From Methanomassiliicoccaceae archaeon (lineage in GTDB: Archaea; Thermoplasmatota; Thermoplasmata; Methanomassiliicoccales; Methanomassiliicoccaceae), in assembly GCA_040776945.1 (NCBI GenBank), contig JAXGZN010000001.1:960001-1024000 (forward strand): a DNA stretch of 64,000 bases, written 5' to 3'. This document shows positions 20,581 through 32,342 of this stretch, one piece after another (positions within the stretch are counted from its first letter, which is position 1; the number at the start of each line of letters is the position of its first letter). The notes under the pieces are model-generated. The model did no database searches and was not told where the DNA came from. It was given only the letters and a program-made list of their open reading frames with translations. Both the position numbers and the translations under genes were made by a program.

Positions 20581-20862
20581 TCACCATTTGGGCCCAAAAC
20601 GCCTCATGGCCTTCCTAACTCCGTCCGCGCCTTCCAGCCATCGGCTCCGGTCCGCCTCCAGACTGGCGCAGAGGGCATGGTCCCGACCGGTCAAGGAACT
20701 GAGAACGGGTGAGACCAGATTTTGGCAGGCCATTGCCGGGAAGGAACGCCGAGCAGCTTCGACATCTCGTTCACCATCGCCTTTCAGGTAACGATCCACT
20801 ATCGCGGCCAAGACATCCTCGGCGCGGCCTTTGAAGCTCCTACCGGACACAACCTTCTGCAC
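20581..20862 (-). CDS. Hypothetical protein (93 aa)
   Basis: ORF fills the gap between the tRNA and the GPN gene; plausible composition; no motif recognised. Confidence 0.5.
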   Translation of the reverse strand: MQKVVSGRSFKGRAEDVLAAIVDRYLKGDGERDVEAARRSFPAMACQNLVSPVLSSLTGRDHALCASLEADRSRWLEGADGVRKAMRRFGPKW

Positions 20863-20926
20863 ATGAGCATCTTAGCAACCTTTATCCTCGCTACATCATC
20901 TCTGATTGGAGCGGACAGGGAACGAA

Positions 20927-21703
20927 ATGCGCTACATATACTTCATTGGGACCGCCGGCAGCGGCAAAAGCTCACTCGTCCAGGCCTTCCAGGAATGGCT
21001 GGACAGCAACGGCATCAACAGCATCGTGGTCAACCTAGATCCGGGAGCGGACTTCATTCCCTATCAGGCGGACGTGGACATTCGCGACTGGGTCCATTTG
21101 GACGAGATCATGAGGGACTACTCGCTCGGGCCGAACGGCGCACAGATAGTCGCCTCGGACCTCATGGCGGTCAACGCCGGGGAGTGGGTGCCAGCGGTCA
21201 AGAGGATGGAGACCGACTACTGTCTCATCGACACTCCTGGTCAGATGGAGCTGTTCACCTTCCGCCAATCATCCACTGCGCTCATCGAAGAGCTTGGGCC
21301 GGACGACTCGTTCCTAGTGTTCCTATCCGATCCGACGCTCGCCAAGACCCCCAACGGGTTCGTTTCCGACCTTATGCTGTGCGGGATCACCCAGTTCCGA
21401 TTCTCGCTCCCCATCCTGAACGTTCTGAGCAAGTCCGATCTGCTGAAAGAGGAAGAGATGGAGGACATACTCGGCTGGTCCAGGGACTCCTACTCTCTGT
21501 ACAACGCCCTCACTGGCCCGGACATGAGCTCTCAGGCGGTCATCAGCATCGAGTACCTGAAGGCCATGGAGAGCGTGGGGATGTACCGTGAGCTGACGCC
21601 GGTATCGGCCATGGAGGGCACCGGCATGGAGGACATCTACAATGCCGTTCAGCAGTACTTCGAGGGCGGCGAGGACGCCGGGTCGAGGCCTTCGCTAGAG
21701 TAG
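20927..21703 (+). CDS. GPN-loop GTPase
   Basis: GTAGSGKS, NLDPG, LGPNGA, DTPGQMELF. Confidence 0.93.
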   Translation: MRYIYFIGTAGSGKSSLVQAFQEWLDSNGINSIVVNLDPGADFIPYQADVDIRDWVHLDEIMRDYSLGPNGAQIVASDLMAVNAGEWVPAVKRMETDYCLIDTPGQMELFTFRQSSTALIEELGPDDSFLVFLSDPTLAKTPNGFVSDLMLCGITQFRFSLPILNVLSKSDLLKEEEMEDILGWSRDSYSLYNALTGPDMSSQAVISIEYLKAMESVGMYRELTPVSAMEGTGMEDIYNAVQQYFEGGEDAGSRPSLE

Positions 21704-22030
21704 GGCCTCGGTGTCCACAGTATAGTCCTTCTGCCGGCAGCTCTCGAGCTGGAAGGTGGCCTTTAGCCTGCCGTTCTCCATGAACACGAACGCGTCGAAG
21801 AGCATGGATTGGTAGAGAGGCATCTGCCTGCCGTCTATGGCATAGGCAATGGAGACCTTCTTGATCAGTCCTTTCTTCTCGAGGACCTTGAGACGGGAGA
21901 ACAGCTTGGCGACCGGGATGCCCGTGACCTTGCCGATGTCTAGAGCGGTCCGGGGACGATAAAGCGCGGCCATAAGGATCTTGGTCGAACGCTCGTCCAC
22001 AAAGATCTTTTGAGCCATCAAGTAGTTCAT
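21695..22030 (-). CDS. Winged-HTH (ArsR-like) regulator
   Basis: Pattern KIL.A...P..A.DI....GIP..KL..RL..L...GLI. Confidence 0.72.
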   Translation of the reverse strand: MNYLMAQKIFVDERSTKILMAALYRPRTALDIGKVTGIPVAKLFSRLKVLEKKGLIKKVSIAYAIDGRQMPLYQSMLFDAFVFMENGRLKATFQLESCRQKDYTVDTEALL

Positions 22031-22146
22031 CTGAAATTCGCACCCATCGAAGGTTATATAACACGTTAGTCATGAATTTCAAAGATTGATTATTGCGTGC
22101 TAGAACGGTGGAAATGAAAAGAGAGGAAAGAGGTTGTGAAATGGTT

Positions 22147-23355
22147 TCAGGCGAACATGGCGCCGGTCTCGACGATCTTCGTCGCCTCATTGTCCAGCAC
22201 CTTGATGATCGCCCGCTCGAAGTCGGCCATGCTGACATGGTCACGGTTGTCCCGAATGGCGAACATACCGGCCTCGGTGCAGATGGCCTTTATGTCCGCG
22301 CCGGTGGCCCCCTCGGCCTTCATGGCAAGGTCGGTCAAGGCGATGCCGTCGTCGATGGCCATCCTCTTAGTATGGATCTTGAAGATCTCCAGCCTGCCCT
22401 CATAGCCAGGGATGGGGACCTCGATTATCCGGTCGAAACGACCGGGGCGCAGGAGCGCCTCATCCAGTATATCCGGGCGGTTAGTTGCGCCGATGATCTT
22501 GACCTCCCCGATGGGGTTGAAGCCATCAAGCTCTGACAGGAGCTGCATGAGGGTCCTCTGGACCTCGCGGTCCCCTGAGGTGGCGACCTCCAGACGCTTC
22601 GCCCCTATGGAGTCAAGCTCGTCTATGAACACTATGCTGGGCGCCTTCTCCTTGGCCAGCTCGAACAGCTCACGGACCAACCGGGCACCCTCGCCTATGT
22701 ACTTCTGCACCAGTTCCGAGCCGACGAACCTGATGAAGGTAGCGTTGGTCTGGTGGGCGACGGCCTTTGCCAGAAGCGTCTTGCCGGTCCCGGGTGGGCC
22801 GACCAGAAGAACGCCCTTGGGCGGCTCGATGCCGACCTTCTTATAAAGCTCCGGGCGCAGCAGAGGATCCTCAACGGCCTCCCGGACCTCCAGGATCTGC
22901 TCCTCCAGCCCTCCGATCTGCTCATAGGATATCTCAGGCTTGTCGATGATCTCCGCACCGACAACGATCGGATCGAGCGATGGGGGCAGCACGCCCATTA
23001 CTGCGAGGGTCTGCTTGTTGAGAGCAACCCTCGCCCCGACCAGGAGATCCTCCATGGGGACATATTCAGAGGTGGATACGATGAAATCGGGACCAGTGGA
23101 GCTTTTCACGATGACCCTCCCGTCCGCAAGGACGTCCTTAATGGAGCCGATGATCAGAGGCGGGGACTTTAGCCGCTCCATCTCCGCCCGCATTCTCTTT
23201 AGCTCCTTTTGAAGGCGGAAGAGCTCGCTCTCGACATAGCGCTTTTCCCCTTCGACCCTGCGAATCTCCTCCAAGAGCTCGCCGTTGCGCCTTTCCAGGA
23301 CCTCGATCTTATCCCGCATCTCGGCCATTAGCTCTTCCAGCTGGGGTTCCTTCAT
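22147..23355 (-). CDS. pan: Proteasome-activating nucleotidase
   Basis: N-terminal coiled coil, [20 protein letters not shown]-terminal HbYX-like MFA. Confidence 0.96.
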   Translation of the reverse strand: MKEPQLEELMAEMRDKIEVLERRNGELLEEIRRVEGEKRYVESELFRLQKELKRMRAEMERLKSPPLIIGSIKDVLADGRVIVKSSTGPDFIVSTSEYVPMEDLLVGARVALNKQTLAVMGVLPPSLDPIVVGAEIIDKPEISYEQIGGLEEQILEVREAVEDPLLRPELYKKVGIEPPKGVLLVGPPGTGKTLLAKAVAHQTNATFIRFVGSELVQKYIGEGARLVRELFELAKEKAPSIVFIDELDSIGAKRLEVATSGDREVQRTLMQLLSELDGFNPIGEVKIIGATNRPDILDEALLRPGRFDRIIEVPIPGYEGRLEIFKIHTKRMAIDDGIALTDLAMKAEGATGADIKAICTEAGMFAIRDNRDHVSMADFERAIIKVLDNEATKIVETGAMFA

Positions 23356-23683
23356 CTTTCCACCTCGGCATCGCTTACATTAAGTGCTGAGCTATATGAC
23401 TGTTTCGCCTGCCACATGAGGTGGCCAGACGAGCTGGTGCAATCCCGCTCTCACCAGACAGGTAGCGCCATCCCTGCCGCCCGAGGTAATATAGTAACCC
23501 TCCTGATTTATATTATTATTCTTTGTTTTCCAGTATCTAACTAGATAATCGGGCTACACGGGCCACAGGTCCCTCAGGCCGCATGGATTTTCACGATCAG
23601 GCTTTCGAGATACCTTTCCTGTTCGACCTTGCTCCCCATCAAAAGAGGTAAATCGGTGTTCACAGATAGTGAACCGAACTGCG

Positions 23684-24187
23684 ATGTTATGCGAGATGTG
23701 CGGTAAGCAATCAGATATCATCAAGACGATCTCGGTTGAGGGGACCACCCTCAAGGTGTGCAAGGAATGCTCCCGGTTCGGGGAGAGCAGCGAAGGCAAG
23801 GGCGGGGCAAAGAAGGGGACCGTAGCCGCTCCGTCCAGAACTGTGGTGGCCGAGAGGCTGGAGGCCCGTGAGCGGAGGATGAGGACACGCTCAATCTATG
23901 CAGACGAGGACACGACCGACCTGGTTCCTGAGTACCCCCGGCTCATTCGAGAGGCGCGGATGGCCAGAGATTGGAAGCAAGAGGACCTGGCGGCGAAGCT
24001 GAACGAAAGGGCCAGCGTCATCGCCAAGTTGGAGAACGGTTCCATACGTCCGGACGATACCTTGCTCAAGAAGCTCGAGCACGAGCTTGGGATCAAGTTG
24101 ACGGAGAAAGTGTCTGTGGTAAAGCCAGAAGGCGGAAGGTCCCAGGGTAAAGCGCTTACCCTTGGAGATATGATCAAGAAGAAGTGA
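23684..24187 (+). CDS. Archaeal multiprotein bridging factor aMBF1
   Basis: CEMCG..C.EC Zn ribbon plus XRE HTH and TLGD C-terminus. Confidence 0.92.
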   Translation: MLCEMCGKQSDIIKTISVEGTTLKVCKECSRFGESSEGKGGAKKGTVAAPSRTVVAERLEARERRMRTRSIYADEDTTDLVPEYPRLIREARMARDWKQEDLAAKLNERASVIAKLENGSIRPDDTLLKKLEHELGIKLTEKVSVVKPEGGRSQGKALTLGDMIKKK

Positions 24188-24190
24188 GCC

Positions 24191-24658
24191 TCAGCGGGAC
24201 AGGATCTCCTGACGGACCGTCTCCAGGTATGGTCCGACATCGATCCCCACGTCCCTGGCCACAAGCACCGCGGCGACCTCAACATCAACCCCCAGGCGTT
24301 CCTGGGTCCGATTGACCCGGGCCACCGCGTCCCTTTTCTTCAGCTTCCCTTTCTCGGAGATCAACTGGATGAGCTGGGCGAACAATGACATCTCCTCCCC
24401 GGCCCCGGTAAGCACATCCTTGCTCGGCCGAAAGGAGAGGGGCGCATCCACATCCTTGACATCGAAGCTCGGCCTGAGATATTCCTCGGTCCGTTGGAGG
24501 AGCCCTCTCTTCACGGACACATCGAGCAACGCCTGCGCCTCCTTGGGAGTGAACCAGCGGTAATCGAAAGAAACGGTCAGTATGAACTCCGTCTCCGTCA
24601 TAACGCTCTTGCCCTTCCGTTTGAAGAGCACTCCCAGGCAGGTCTCCAGCTCTCCCAT
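24191..24658 (-). CDS. DUF2240 family protein
   Basis: F...GK.....EF....S.D..WF.P..A pattern. Confidence 0.75.
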   Translation of the reverse strand: MGELETCLGVLFKRKGKSVMTETEFILTVSFDYRWFTPKEAQALLDVSVKRGLLQRTEEYLRPSFDVKDVDAPLSFRPSKDVLTGAGEEMSLFAQLIQLISEKGKLKKRDAVARVNRTQERLGVDVEVAAVLVARDVGIDVGPYLETVRQEILSR

Positions 24659-24927
24659 ATTATTGCCTATATGCGTCAGCCGGTCCAAGAACCTCACGGT
24701 CTATTTCTGGTTTTTCCTGCCTTCCCGCGCGCAGGTCTCCTCCGAGCCCACGGCCGGCCAAGGGCCTAGAGGCGCTGTTCGCCAAAGGGAAGGCAAAATG
24801 GAGAAGGCCATTCGGTACGCCAGACCGCTCCGGAATCGCGCTTCGGGGCGCGTAGGGCATGCAGGTCAAGCGACACAAGACCATCCAGGGCAGCCTCTTT
24901 TTCGTTCCATGGAATGGCCCAAAGAAC

Positions 24928-24964
24928 TTTCGAAACACGGCATTTTTATATAGAAGAACAAACA
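24928..24964 (+). promoter_or_regulatory. Thermosome promoter (TTTCGAAA palindrome, TATA box TTTATATA, downstream GAAGAACAAACAT)
   Basis: TATA at 24945-24952; GGAGGT Shine-Dalgarno before ATG 25028. Confidence 0.6.
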
Positions 24965-25027
24965 TTCAACGCAGGCTTAGCTAGAACATAGCTTCGTGAG
25001 TATGAAAGATCATTGGAGGTAAAAATC

Positions 25028-26662
25028 ATGGGAATGGGAAACACGCCTATACTCATCCTCAAGGAAGGTACCAAGAGAGACCGGGGAAAGGATGCCCAGT
25101 ATAACAACATAACGGCCGCCAGAGCGATCGCCGACGCGGTCCGGAGCACGCTTGGTCCCCGCGGGATGGACAAGATGCTCGTTGACAGCATGGGTGACGT
25201 GGTCATAACCAACGATGGTGTGACCATCCTCAAGGAGATCGACGTGGACCACCCTGCGGCCAAGATGCTCGTGGAGGTCGCCAAGACCCAGGACGAGGAG
25301 GCCGGGGACGGTACGACCAGCGCCGTTATCTTGTCTGGAGAACTGCTCAAGAAGGCAGTGGACCTGATCGATTCCAACATCCACCCCACCATCATCGCCG
25401 GCGGTTACCGGCTTGCCGCCACCAAGGCACAGGAGGTCTTGGACGGCCTGGCCATAGACGTGGACGTAAAGGACAAGAAGACCCTCAAGCTCATTGCCGA
25501 GACCTCGATGATCTCCAAGTCCGTGAGCGCTTCCCGCGAGTCCCTTGCCGATCTGTCGGTGAAGGCCGTCAGCGCTGTCGCCGAGCAGAACAACAAGAAG
25601 TGGAGCGTGGACATGGACAACATCCAGGTCGTTAAGAAGACCGGCGGGTCCATGGACGACACCCAGTTCATACAGGGCATCATCGTCGACAAGGAGCCGG
25701 TCCATCCTGCCATGCCCAAGAAGATCGAGAAGGCAAAGCTCGCCCTGCTGGACACCGCGATCGAGGTCCAGAAGACCGAGATCGACGCCAAGATCGAGAT
25801 CACCGACCCCACCCAGATGCAGGCCTTCCTCGACGAGGAGGAGAACATGCTGCGCAAGATGGTGGCCACCATCAAGGCCTCCGGCGCCAACGCGGTCTTC
25901 TGCCAGAAAGGCATCGATGACCTCGCCCAGCACTTCCTGGCCAAGGAGAAGATCTTTGCCGTCAGGCGGGTGAAGAAGTCGGACATGGAGAAGCTGGCCA
26001 AGGCCACCGGAGCGACCGTGGTCACCAAGATCGAGGAGCTTTCCTCCGACGAGCTAGGCGCCGCCGCTCTTATCGAGGTCCGTCAGCTTGGAGAGGAAGA
26101 GATGACCTTCGTCACTGGCTGCAAGAACCCCAAGGCCGTTTCCCTGCTCCTCAGGGGCGGCACCGAGCACGTTATCGACGAGGTCGAGCGCTCCCTGGAC
26201 GACGCCATGAGCGTCGTTGCCGTCGCCATCGAGGATGGCAAGATAGTCACTGGAGGGGGAAGCACCGCAATCGAGCTGGCCATGAAGCTCAGGGAGTACG
26301 CCGCATCTGTCGGCGGCCGCGAGCAGATCGCCATCGATGCCTATGCCAGCGCACTAGAGGTTATCCCCACCGCTCTAGCGGAGAACGCCGGTCTGGACCC
26401 CATCGACATCCTCATCAACCTGAGGAAGGCCCACAAGGGGGGCAAGGTCCACGCAGGTCTGAACGTCTACACCGGGAAGATCGTGGACATGATGGACCAG
26501 AAGGTCATCGAGCCCATCCGGGTTAGCCGCCAGGCCATCAACTCCGCCACCGACGCTGCCGTCCTCATTCTGAGGATCGACGACGTCATAGCAGCTAAGG
26601 GCATGAGCCCCGGCGCGGGCGGCCCCGGCGGAGCTCCTGACATGGGAGACGACACTGACTGA
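25028..26662 (+). CDS. Thermosome (group II chaperonin) subunit
   Basis: [30 protein letters not shown]. Confidence 0.97.
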   Translation: MGMGNTPILILKEGTKRDRGKDAQYNNITAARAIADAVRSTLGPRGMDKMLVDSMGDVVITNDGVTILKEIDVDHPAAKMLVEVAKTQDEEAGDGTTSAVILSGELLKKAVDLIDSNIHPTIIAGGYRLAATKAQEVLDGLAIDVDVKDKKTLKLIAETSMISKSVSASRESLADLSVKAVSAVAEQNNKKWSVDMDNIQVVKKTGGSMDDTQFIQGIIVDKEPVHPAMPKKIEKAKLALLDTAIEVQKTEIDAKIEITDPTQMQAFLDEEENMLRKMVATIKASGANAVFCQKGIDDLAQHFLAKEKIFAVRRVKKSDMEKLAKATGATVVTKIEELSSDELGAAALIEVRQLGEEEMTFVTGCKNPKAVSLLLRGGTEHVIDEVERSLDDAMSVVAVAIEDGKIVTGGGSTAIELAMKLREYAASVGGREQIAIDAYASALEVIPTALAENAGLDPIDILINLRKAHKGGKVHAGLNVYTGKIVDMMDQKVIEPIRVSRQAINSATDAAVLILRIDDVIAAKGMSPGAGGPGGAPDMGDDTD

Positions 26663-26670
26663 GACCAACC

Positions 26671-26690
26671 GGGGCGAGACGCCCCTTTCC
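26671..26690 (+). terminator. Hairpin terminator after the thermosome gene
   Basis: GGGGCG-AGA-CGCCCC followed by TTTCC. Confidence 0.55.
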
Positions 26691-26744
26691 AAACCTCTTA
26701 ATATTTCTCATAATCACAATGACGGACCGCACGGCGGTGGAGAT

Positions 26745-27287
26745 ATGGAGAGGTCAGAAGGGTCTGGGCAGAACAACGAAGAGGCGGAAGGCCCCGAGGA
26801 GCGGCTGGCAGCGTTGCTGGAGCAGCTTCAAGTCGAGACCGCAGAGAAGGACCGGCAGGCGGCCCTTGCCGCCGAATATCTGGGCATCGCTAAGCGGGCC
26901 CAGGCCGACTTTGAGAACTATAAACGGAGGACGCAGAAGGAGCGCGAGGAGCTGGTGAAGATAGCCAACCACCGGCTTTTGGAGCAGCTTCTTCTGGTCT
27001 TCGATGATATCGAAAGGGCCGTGGCCGCTAAGTGCTCCGACGAGGACCTGCGGCCTGGCGTGAGCAAGATAAGGGACAACATGGCCGTCCTCCTAAGGGA
27101 GCATGGACTGCGGGAGATACCGTCCGATGGGAGGTTCGATCCCTCCGTGCATGAGGCGCTCGCGGTCGGAGAGGGACAGGACGGCATGATCCTGGAAGTC
27201 TTCCAGAAGGGGTACTACCTCGGCGACAAGGTGCTGAGGTGCTCCAAGGTCAAGGTAGCAAAGAGCACAGGTGAGAACAATGGCTAA
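26745..27287 (+). CDS. grpE: Nucleotide exchange factor GrpE
   Basis: [20 protein letters not shown]....VLR. Confidence 0.94.
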   Translation: MERSEGSGQNNEEAEGPEERLAALLEQLQVETAEKDRQAALAAEYLGIAKRAQADFENYKRRTQKEREELVKIANHRLLEQLLLVFDDIERAVAAKCSDEDLRPGVSKIRDNMAVLLREHGLREIPSDGRFDPSVHEALAVGEGQDGMILEVFQKGYYLGDKVLRCSKVKVAKSTGENNG

Positions 27288-29145
27288 GATAATCGGAATA
27301 GACCTAGGGACCAGCAACTCCGCGGCGGCGGTCATGGAGGGCGGAAGGCCCACCATCATCCCCAGCGCGGAGGGGACTAGCATAGGGGGGAAGGCCTTCC
27401 CTTCGTACGTCGCCTTTACCAAGGAAGGTGAGCTGCTGGTAGGTGAGCCCGCGCGCAGGCAGGCGATCACCAACCCTGAGGGGACCATCGCCGCGGCCAA
27501 GCGGAAGATGGGAACCGACTTCAAGTTCCACGTCCATGAAAAGGACTACACTCCCCAGCAGGTATCCGCGTTCATTCTCCAGAAGATCAAGCGGGATGCC
27601 GAGGCGTTCCTCGGGGACACGGTGAGCAAGGCGGTCATCACCGTCCCCGCGTACTTCAACGACAACCAGAGGCAGGCGACCAAGGATGCCGGGGCCATCG
27701 CCGGGCTGGAGGTCGTGAGGATCATAAACGAGCCGACCGCGGCCGCATTGGCCTTTGGCCTGGACAATAGCAAGAGCTCTCAGAGGATCATGGTGTTCGA
27801 TCTTGGCGGAGGCACGCTGGATGTCACCATAATGGAGTTCTCCGAGGGAGTGTTCGAGGTCATCGCTACCTCAGGGGACACCCAGCTCGGAGGGACGGAC
27901 ATGGACCAGGCTCTCATCAATCACGTAACTACGCAGTTCCGAAACGAGAGCGGCATCGACCTGACCAAGGACAAGATGGCCATGTGGCGCGTGCGCGAAG
28001 CATGCGAGAAGGCCAAGATCGAGCTCTCGTCCACGATGTCCACCGAGATCAACCTGCCCTTCATCACCGCTGACCAGAGCGGCCCCAAGCACCTGACCGC
28101 GAACATCACCCGAGCGAAGCTGGAAGAGCTGGTAAATCCCACCGTGGAGCGTTGCCGCGGTCCGGTGAGCACCGCCCTCAAGGATGCCAAGCTCACGCCG
28201 GAGCAGGTGGACAACATCATCCTGGTAGGCGGTCCGACCCGCATGCCGATCATACAGCGGTTCGTGGAGAACATGGTCGGGAGGAAGATCCAAAGGGGCA
28301 TCGATCCCATGGAGTGCGTTTCCATGGGCGCGGCCATCCAGGCCGCGGTCCTGTCCGGTGAGGTCAAGGACATCCTGCTGCTGGATGTAACTCCGCTGTC
28401 GCTCAGCGTGGAGACCCTGGGAGGCATCGCCACCAAGCTCATCGAGAGGAACACCACGATCCCCACTCGCAAGTCGCAGGTCTTCTCCACCGCCGCGGAC
28501 TACCAGTCCAGCGTAGAGATCCACATCGTGCAAGGGGAGAGGGAGATGGCAGCGGACAACGTCTCGCTGGGCAAGTTCCAGCTGAGCGGCATCCCCCCGG
28601 CCCCGAGGGGCATCCCTCAGATCGAGGTGACATACGACATAGATGCGAACGGCATCATCAACGTGTCGGCCAAAGACCTGGGGACGGGCAAGGAGCAGAA
28701 GATCACCATCACCGCCTCCAATAAGCTCTCCAAGGACGAGATCCAGAACATGGTGCACCAGGCAGAGCAGTTCTCAGAGGAGGACAAGAAGCGCCGCGAA
28801 AAGGTCGAGCTCCTCAACCAGGCGGACACGCTGCTCTACACGACGGACAAGACACTGGTGGAGCTGGGCGAGAAGATCACCGCTGACGAGAGGGAGAAGG
28901 TGAAGAAGGCATCGGACGAGCTTCGGGAAGCGGTCAAGAAGGAGGACCAGTCCGACATCAAGAGCAAGATGGACGTCCTGGTCAAGGAGATGTCGACCGT
29001 CTCCACCCGCATCTATCAAGAGGCGGCCGCTGCCCAGCAGGCTGCCGGTACGCAGCAGGCCGGACCGCAGCAACCGCCTGGGGACGAGGGCAAGAAGGGC
29101 GGTCAAGGGGACTTCACCGACGCCGACTATCACATAGTGGACTGA
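27280..29145 (+). CDS. dnaK: Chaperone DnaK
   Basis: [29 protein letters not shown]; short (Gram-positive/archaeal) N-domain. Confidence 0.98.
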   Translation: MAKIIGIDLGTSNSAAAVMEGGRPTIIPSAEGTSIGGKAFPSYVAFTKEGELLVGEPARRQAITNPEGTIAAAKRKMGTDFKFHVHEKDYTPQQVSAFILQKIKRDAEAFLGDTVSKAVITVPAYFNDNQRQATKDAGAIAGLEVVRIINEPTAAALAFGLDNSKSSQRIMVFDLGGGTLDVTIMEFSEGVFEVIATSGDTQLGGTDMDQALINHVTTQFRNESGIDLTKDKMAMWRVREACEKAKIELSSTMSTEINLPFITADQSGPKHLTANITRAKLEELVNPTVERCRGPVSTALKDAKLTPEQVDNIILVGGPTRMPIIQRFVENMVGRKIQRGIDPMECVSMGAAIQAAVLSGEVKDILLLDVTPLSLSVETLGGIATKLIERNTTIPTRKSQVFSTAADYQSSVEIHIVQGEREMAADNVSLGKFQLSGIPPAPRGIPQIEVTYDIDANGIINVSAKDLGTGKEQKITITASNKLSKDEIQNMVHQAEQFSEEDKKRREKVELLNQADTLLYTTDKTLVELGEKITADEREKVKKASDELREAVKKEDQSDIKSKMDVLVKEMSTVSTRIYQEAAAAQQAAGTQQAGPQQPPGDEGKKGGQGDFTDADYHIVD

Positions 29146-29160
29146 GGCGGACGCAAGCTC

Positions 29161-30279
29161 ATGGCCCAGCGGGACTATTACGAAGTGATGGGAGTTCCCC
29201 GGGACTCCACGGTGGACGACATCAAGAAGGCGTACCGCAAGCTGGCGATGCAGTACCACCCGGACGTTACCAAGGAGGACCGCAAGGTCGCCGAGGAGAA
29301 GTTCAAGGAAGTGTCGGAAGCATATGAGGTGCTGGTCGACGAAAAGAAGCGCAAACTGTACGATCAGTACGGCCACGCCGGGGTAAGCTCGCAGTTCCAG
29401 GACGGCTCGTTCAACTGGAGCGACTTCTCCCACATGGGAGACCTGCGGGACATCTTCGGCGATTCCGGAGGCTTCGGGAACATCTTCGACATGCTGTTCG
29501 GCCGACAGCAGCGCTCCGGGGGCCGCGATGCACGAATGGACCTTGAGATAACCCTGGAAGAGGCTTTCCGAGGCGTAAAGAAGCGCATCACCGTGCCGAA
29601 GTTCGACCCCTGTCCCAAGTGCTCCGGCACCGGGGCCAAGGACGGCAAGGTGGTGCAATGCACAGAGTGCCACGGCACCGGACAGGTGCGCGTGGTTCAG
29701 AGGAGTGGCTTCGGCCAGTTCGTGCAGGTCGGTCCCTGCCGCCGCTGCCGCGGTACCGGCAGAAGCTCGTCCGATGCCTGCCCTGACTGCAGTGGCCGGG
29801 GCAAGGTTCAGAGGACGTCCCACATCGACCTGGAAATTCCCGCTGGGGTGGAGACCGGCTCCCGGCTCCGCATCCCCGGCGCCGGGGAGATGGGAGGGCC
29901 GGGAGAGCCTAACGGCGATCTCTACGTCATGGTCCACGTCAAAGATCATTCCCAGTACCGCCGCGAGGGGCCGGACCTGATCGTCGAGTTCCCGATATCC
30001 TTTGCCCAGGCGGCCCTGGGGGCGGAAATAGAGATCCCCACCTTGGACAAGAAGGCCAAGGTGACATTGCCATCGGGCACGCAGTCGGAGACGGTGTTCC
30101 GGCTCCGGGGCTCGGGAATGCCTATCCTTAGAACCAATTCGCGCGGCGACCTCTATGTCCGGGTGAAGGTCAAGGTACCGGAGAAGCTCAACCAGGAGCA
30201 GAAGGACCTTCTTTTGAGGTTCGCCGAGCTGGAGGGCGAGAACCGCAGCGTCTTCGGCAAGTTCAAGAAAAAGAAGTGA
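29161..30279 (+). CDS. dnaJ: Chaperone DnaJ
   Basis: J domain with HPD, G/F region, four CxxCxGxG motifs. Confidence 0.97.
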   Translation: MAQRDYYEVMGVPRDSTVDDIKKAYRKLAMQYHPDVTKEDRKVAEEKFKEVSEAYEVLVDEKKRKLYDQYGHAGVSSQFQDGSFNWSDFSHMGDLRDIFGDSGGFGNIFDMLFGRQQRSGGRDARMDLEITLEEAFRGVKKRITVPKFDPCPKCSGTGAKDGKVVQCTECHGTGQVRVVQRSGFGQFVQVGPCRRCRGTGRSSSDACPDCSGRGKVQRTSHIDLEIPAGVETGSRLRIPGAGEMGGPGEPNGDLYVMVHVKDHSQYRREGPDLIVEFPISFAQAALGAEIEIPTLDKKAKVTLPSGTQSETVFRLRGSGMPILRTNSRGDLYVRVKVKVPEKLNQEQKDLLLRFAELEGENRSVFGKFKKKK

Positions 30280-30329
30280 AGGCCTCGGGAAGGATGAAGT
30301 AGCTCTACCGCTCTCCCGACGCGAGGACG

Positions 30330-31568
30330 ATGAGGCTCGGATCGCTCACTGGATTTGATCGGCGGATCTGGATACTGGCCGCCGGCAGGGTGATCTCGGC
30401 CACTGGGTACTCCATCGTAATGCCCTTCCTCGCCATCCATCTCAACAGCGACATGGGGATCTCCATGGTCCAGGTCGGCCTCATCTACGTGGTCATGGCG
30501 GTGGCTGGGGCCTTTGGGCAGATAATTGGAGGGGAGATCGCCGACCGAACAGGGAGGAGGCCGGTCATGTGGGCCTCGATGGTCCTGCGCGGCCTTGTGT
30601 TCATTGCCCTGTTCGCCGTTATGATCATGGCCAAGGAGATCTGGACGATCTCTGGCCTTCTGGTCGTTTCATCGCTCCTGGGCTCCATGTTCGATCCCGC
30701 CAGCAACGCCATGGTCGCCGATCTGGTCAGCGTGAACAGGCGCATGGAGGCCTACTCCCTGCTCCGCGTAGGCCAGAACATAGGTTGGACCTTGGGGCCG
30801 CTCATCTCGGGCATCATGATCGCCTTCCTGCCGTTCTCCTACCTTTTCGCTGTGGCATCGGTCACCTGTCTAACCGTAGGGGCGGTCGTCCTGCTTAAGG
30901 TCGCGGAGCCCTTGCGCTCCACGGCCTCCCATGCCAAGTTCCACCTGAGGGACATGGCCACCATAGCGCACAACCGACTGTTCCTGATGTTCTGCATTGC
31001 GTCCATGCCAGTGGGCATCGTCATGGGGCAGATGACCTCAACCTTCTCGGTGTTCGCGGTCCAGGACGCAGGCATATTCGAGGCCGAGGTCGGCTACCTG
31101 TACGCGCTCAACGGAGTGATGGTGGTGGCGCTGCAGTTCCCCATGGCCCGCATGATCTCGAGGTACCCGATGCCCTCCTCCCTGGCACTTGGCTCGCTGC
31201 TGTATGCGGTCGGATATCTGTTCCTAGGGTTCTCGGGAGCAATATGGGTGCTGGTCCTCTCGATGGTCGTGACCACCCTGGGGGAGAACGTGATCTCGCC
31301 CTCGAGCACTGCACTGGTAGCGAAATTGAGCCCGGACAGCGAGCGCGGGCGGTACATGGGCGCTTTCGGCATTTTCTCATCCTTCGGCTGGTCCCTTGGA
31401 CCGGCCATCGGCGGCTCGCTGTACGATTCTATGCACACCGCCCCCCTCGCTCTTTGGGGCTCGGTAGCGATGATAGCCATGATCAGCGTGGTCATGTACC
31501 TGCACCTCGGCAAGATGTCCGCCGAGGTCGAAAAGAGCGCCTCCCGGGCGGAGGGAGCAAAGGGTTAA
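30330..31568 (+). CDS. MFS transporter
   Basis: About 12 TM segments; motif A GEIADRTGRR. Confidence 0.9.
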   Translation: MRLGSLTGFDRRIWILAAGRVISATGYSIVMPFLAIHLNSDMGISMVQVGLIYVVMAVAGAFGQIIGGEIADRTGRRPVMWASMVLRGLVFIALFAVMIMAKEIWTISGLLVVSSLLGSMFDPASNAMVADLVSVNRRMEAYSLLRVGQNIGWTLGPLISGIMIAFLPFSYLFAVASVTCLTVGAVVLLKVAEPLRSTASHAKFHLRDMATIAHNRLFLMFCIASMPVGIVMGQMTSTFSVFAVQDAGIFEAEVGYLYALNGVMVVALQFPMARMISRYPMPSSLALGSLLYAVGYLFLGFSGAIWVLVLSMVVTTLGENVISPSSTALVAKLSPDSERGRYMGAFGIFSSFGWSLGPAIGGSLYDSMHTAPLALWGSVAMIAMISVVMYLHLGKMSAEVEKSASRAEGAKG

Positions 31569-31595
31569 ACATACATCTCCCAATTTGTACACTGG

Positions 31596-32342
31596 ATGAA
31601 GGTCATTGGCGTCATGACCAAGAACTTCCGGTTCTTCTATGAACTGGTCCAGATGATGAGGGAGCACCGCGATCCCTTCGTCTCCCTGGACTTCAACGAG
31701 GATGTCCCTGATACCGTGGGCGTGGTGATCACCACTCGAGAGGAGCGCCCCCAGGTCCGATTCCCCAAGGTCGTGGTGGCCGACCGGCCGGACCTGGCGC
31801 TGGAGATGGCAAGGTCGCAGCTCAAGGGGCGGGAAAGCTTCCGCACGCTCGTCGCCGGCATCGACCCGGGAAGCAGGCCAGGCCTTGCGATCATAGGCGA
31901 CGGTCGTGTGCTGGTAGCTGAAACGGTCGGCTCGCCCGAACGCGTCGCGGACGAGATAGATCGCTTCAGGCGATGTTTTAGGCATGAGCGACTGATCGCC
32001 CGCGTGGGCCACGGTGACCGCACCAACCGCAACCGGGTCATCAGGTCCATCTGGAACTCGGTGGACGATGTCGAGGTGGTGGATGAGACCTCCACAACGA
32101 GGAGGACAGAGGAGCCGGACGCTGACGCCGCTGTTTCCATCGCTCTAGGCAGCGGCTACCGCCTGCCTTTCCCGCCCGAGGTCAGGCCGACGCCGGGCGA
32201 GGTCCGGGACATTCAGCGGCTGAGCCGCATCGAGAGCGGCGGCCGCGTCACGATATCCTCGGAACTGGCCGAGTCGGTTGCCAAGGGAGAGATCAGTCTC
32301 CCTGAGGCGCTGCGGGCCCAGGACAGAAGGTCCTCTCAATGA
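31596..32342 (+). CDS. Hypothetical protein with RNase H-like (YqgF/RuvC-type) motifs
   Basis: GIDPG..PG.A, VDE..TT and D..AA..IA acidic motifs. Confidence 0.65.
   Translation: MKVIGVMTKNFRFFYELVQMMREHRDPFVSLDFNEDVPDTVGVVITTREERPQVRFPKVVVADRPDLALEMARSQLKGRESFRTLVAGIDPGSRPGLAIIGDGRVLVAETVGSPERVADEIDRFRRCFRHERLIARVGHGDRTNRNRVIRSIWNSVDDVEVVDETSTTRRTEEPDADAAVSIALGSGYRLPFPPEVRPTPGEVRDIQRLSRIESGGRVTISSELAESVAKGEISLPEALRAQDRRSSQ

Noticed and set aside
20417-20900. tRNA-Lys as an integration site
   Set aside because: No integrase, no duplicated tRNA 3' end found and no compositional shift; flanking genes are housekeeping
25010-29949. Long antisense ORFs over thermosome, dnaK and dnaJ (e.g. 25010-25933, 27871-28758, 28774-29949) and many similar shadow ORFs elsewhere
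   Set aside because: Expected from high GC3 codon bias on the opposite strand; they fully overlap well-supported genes and have no motifs
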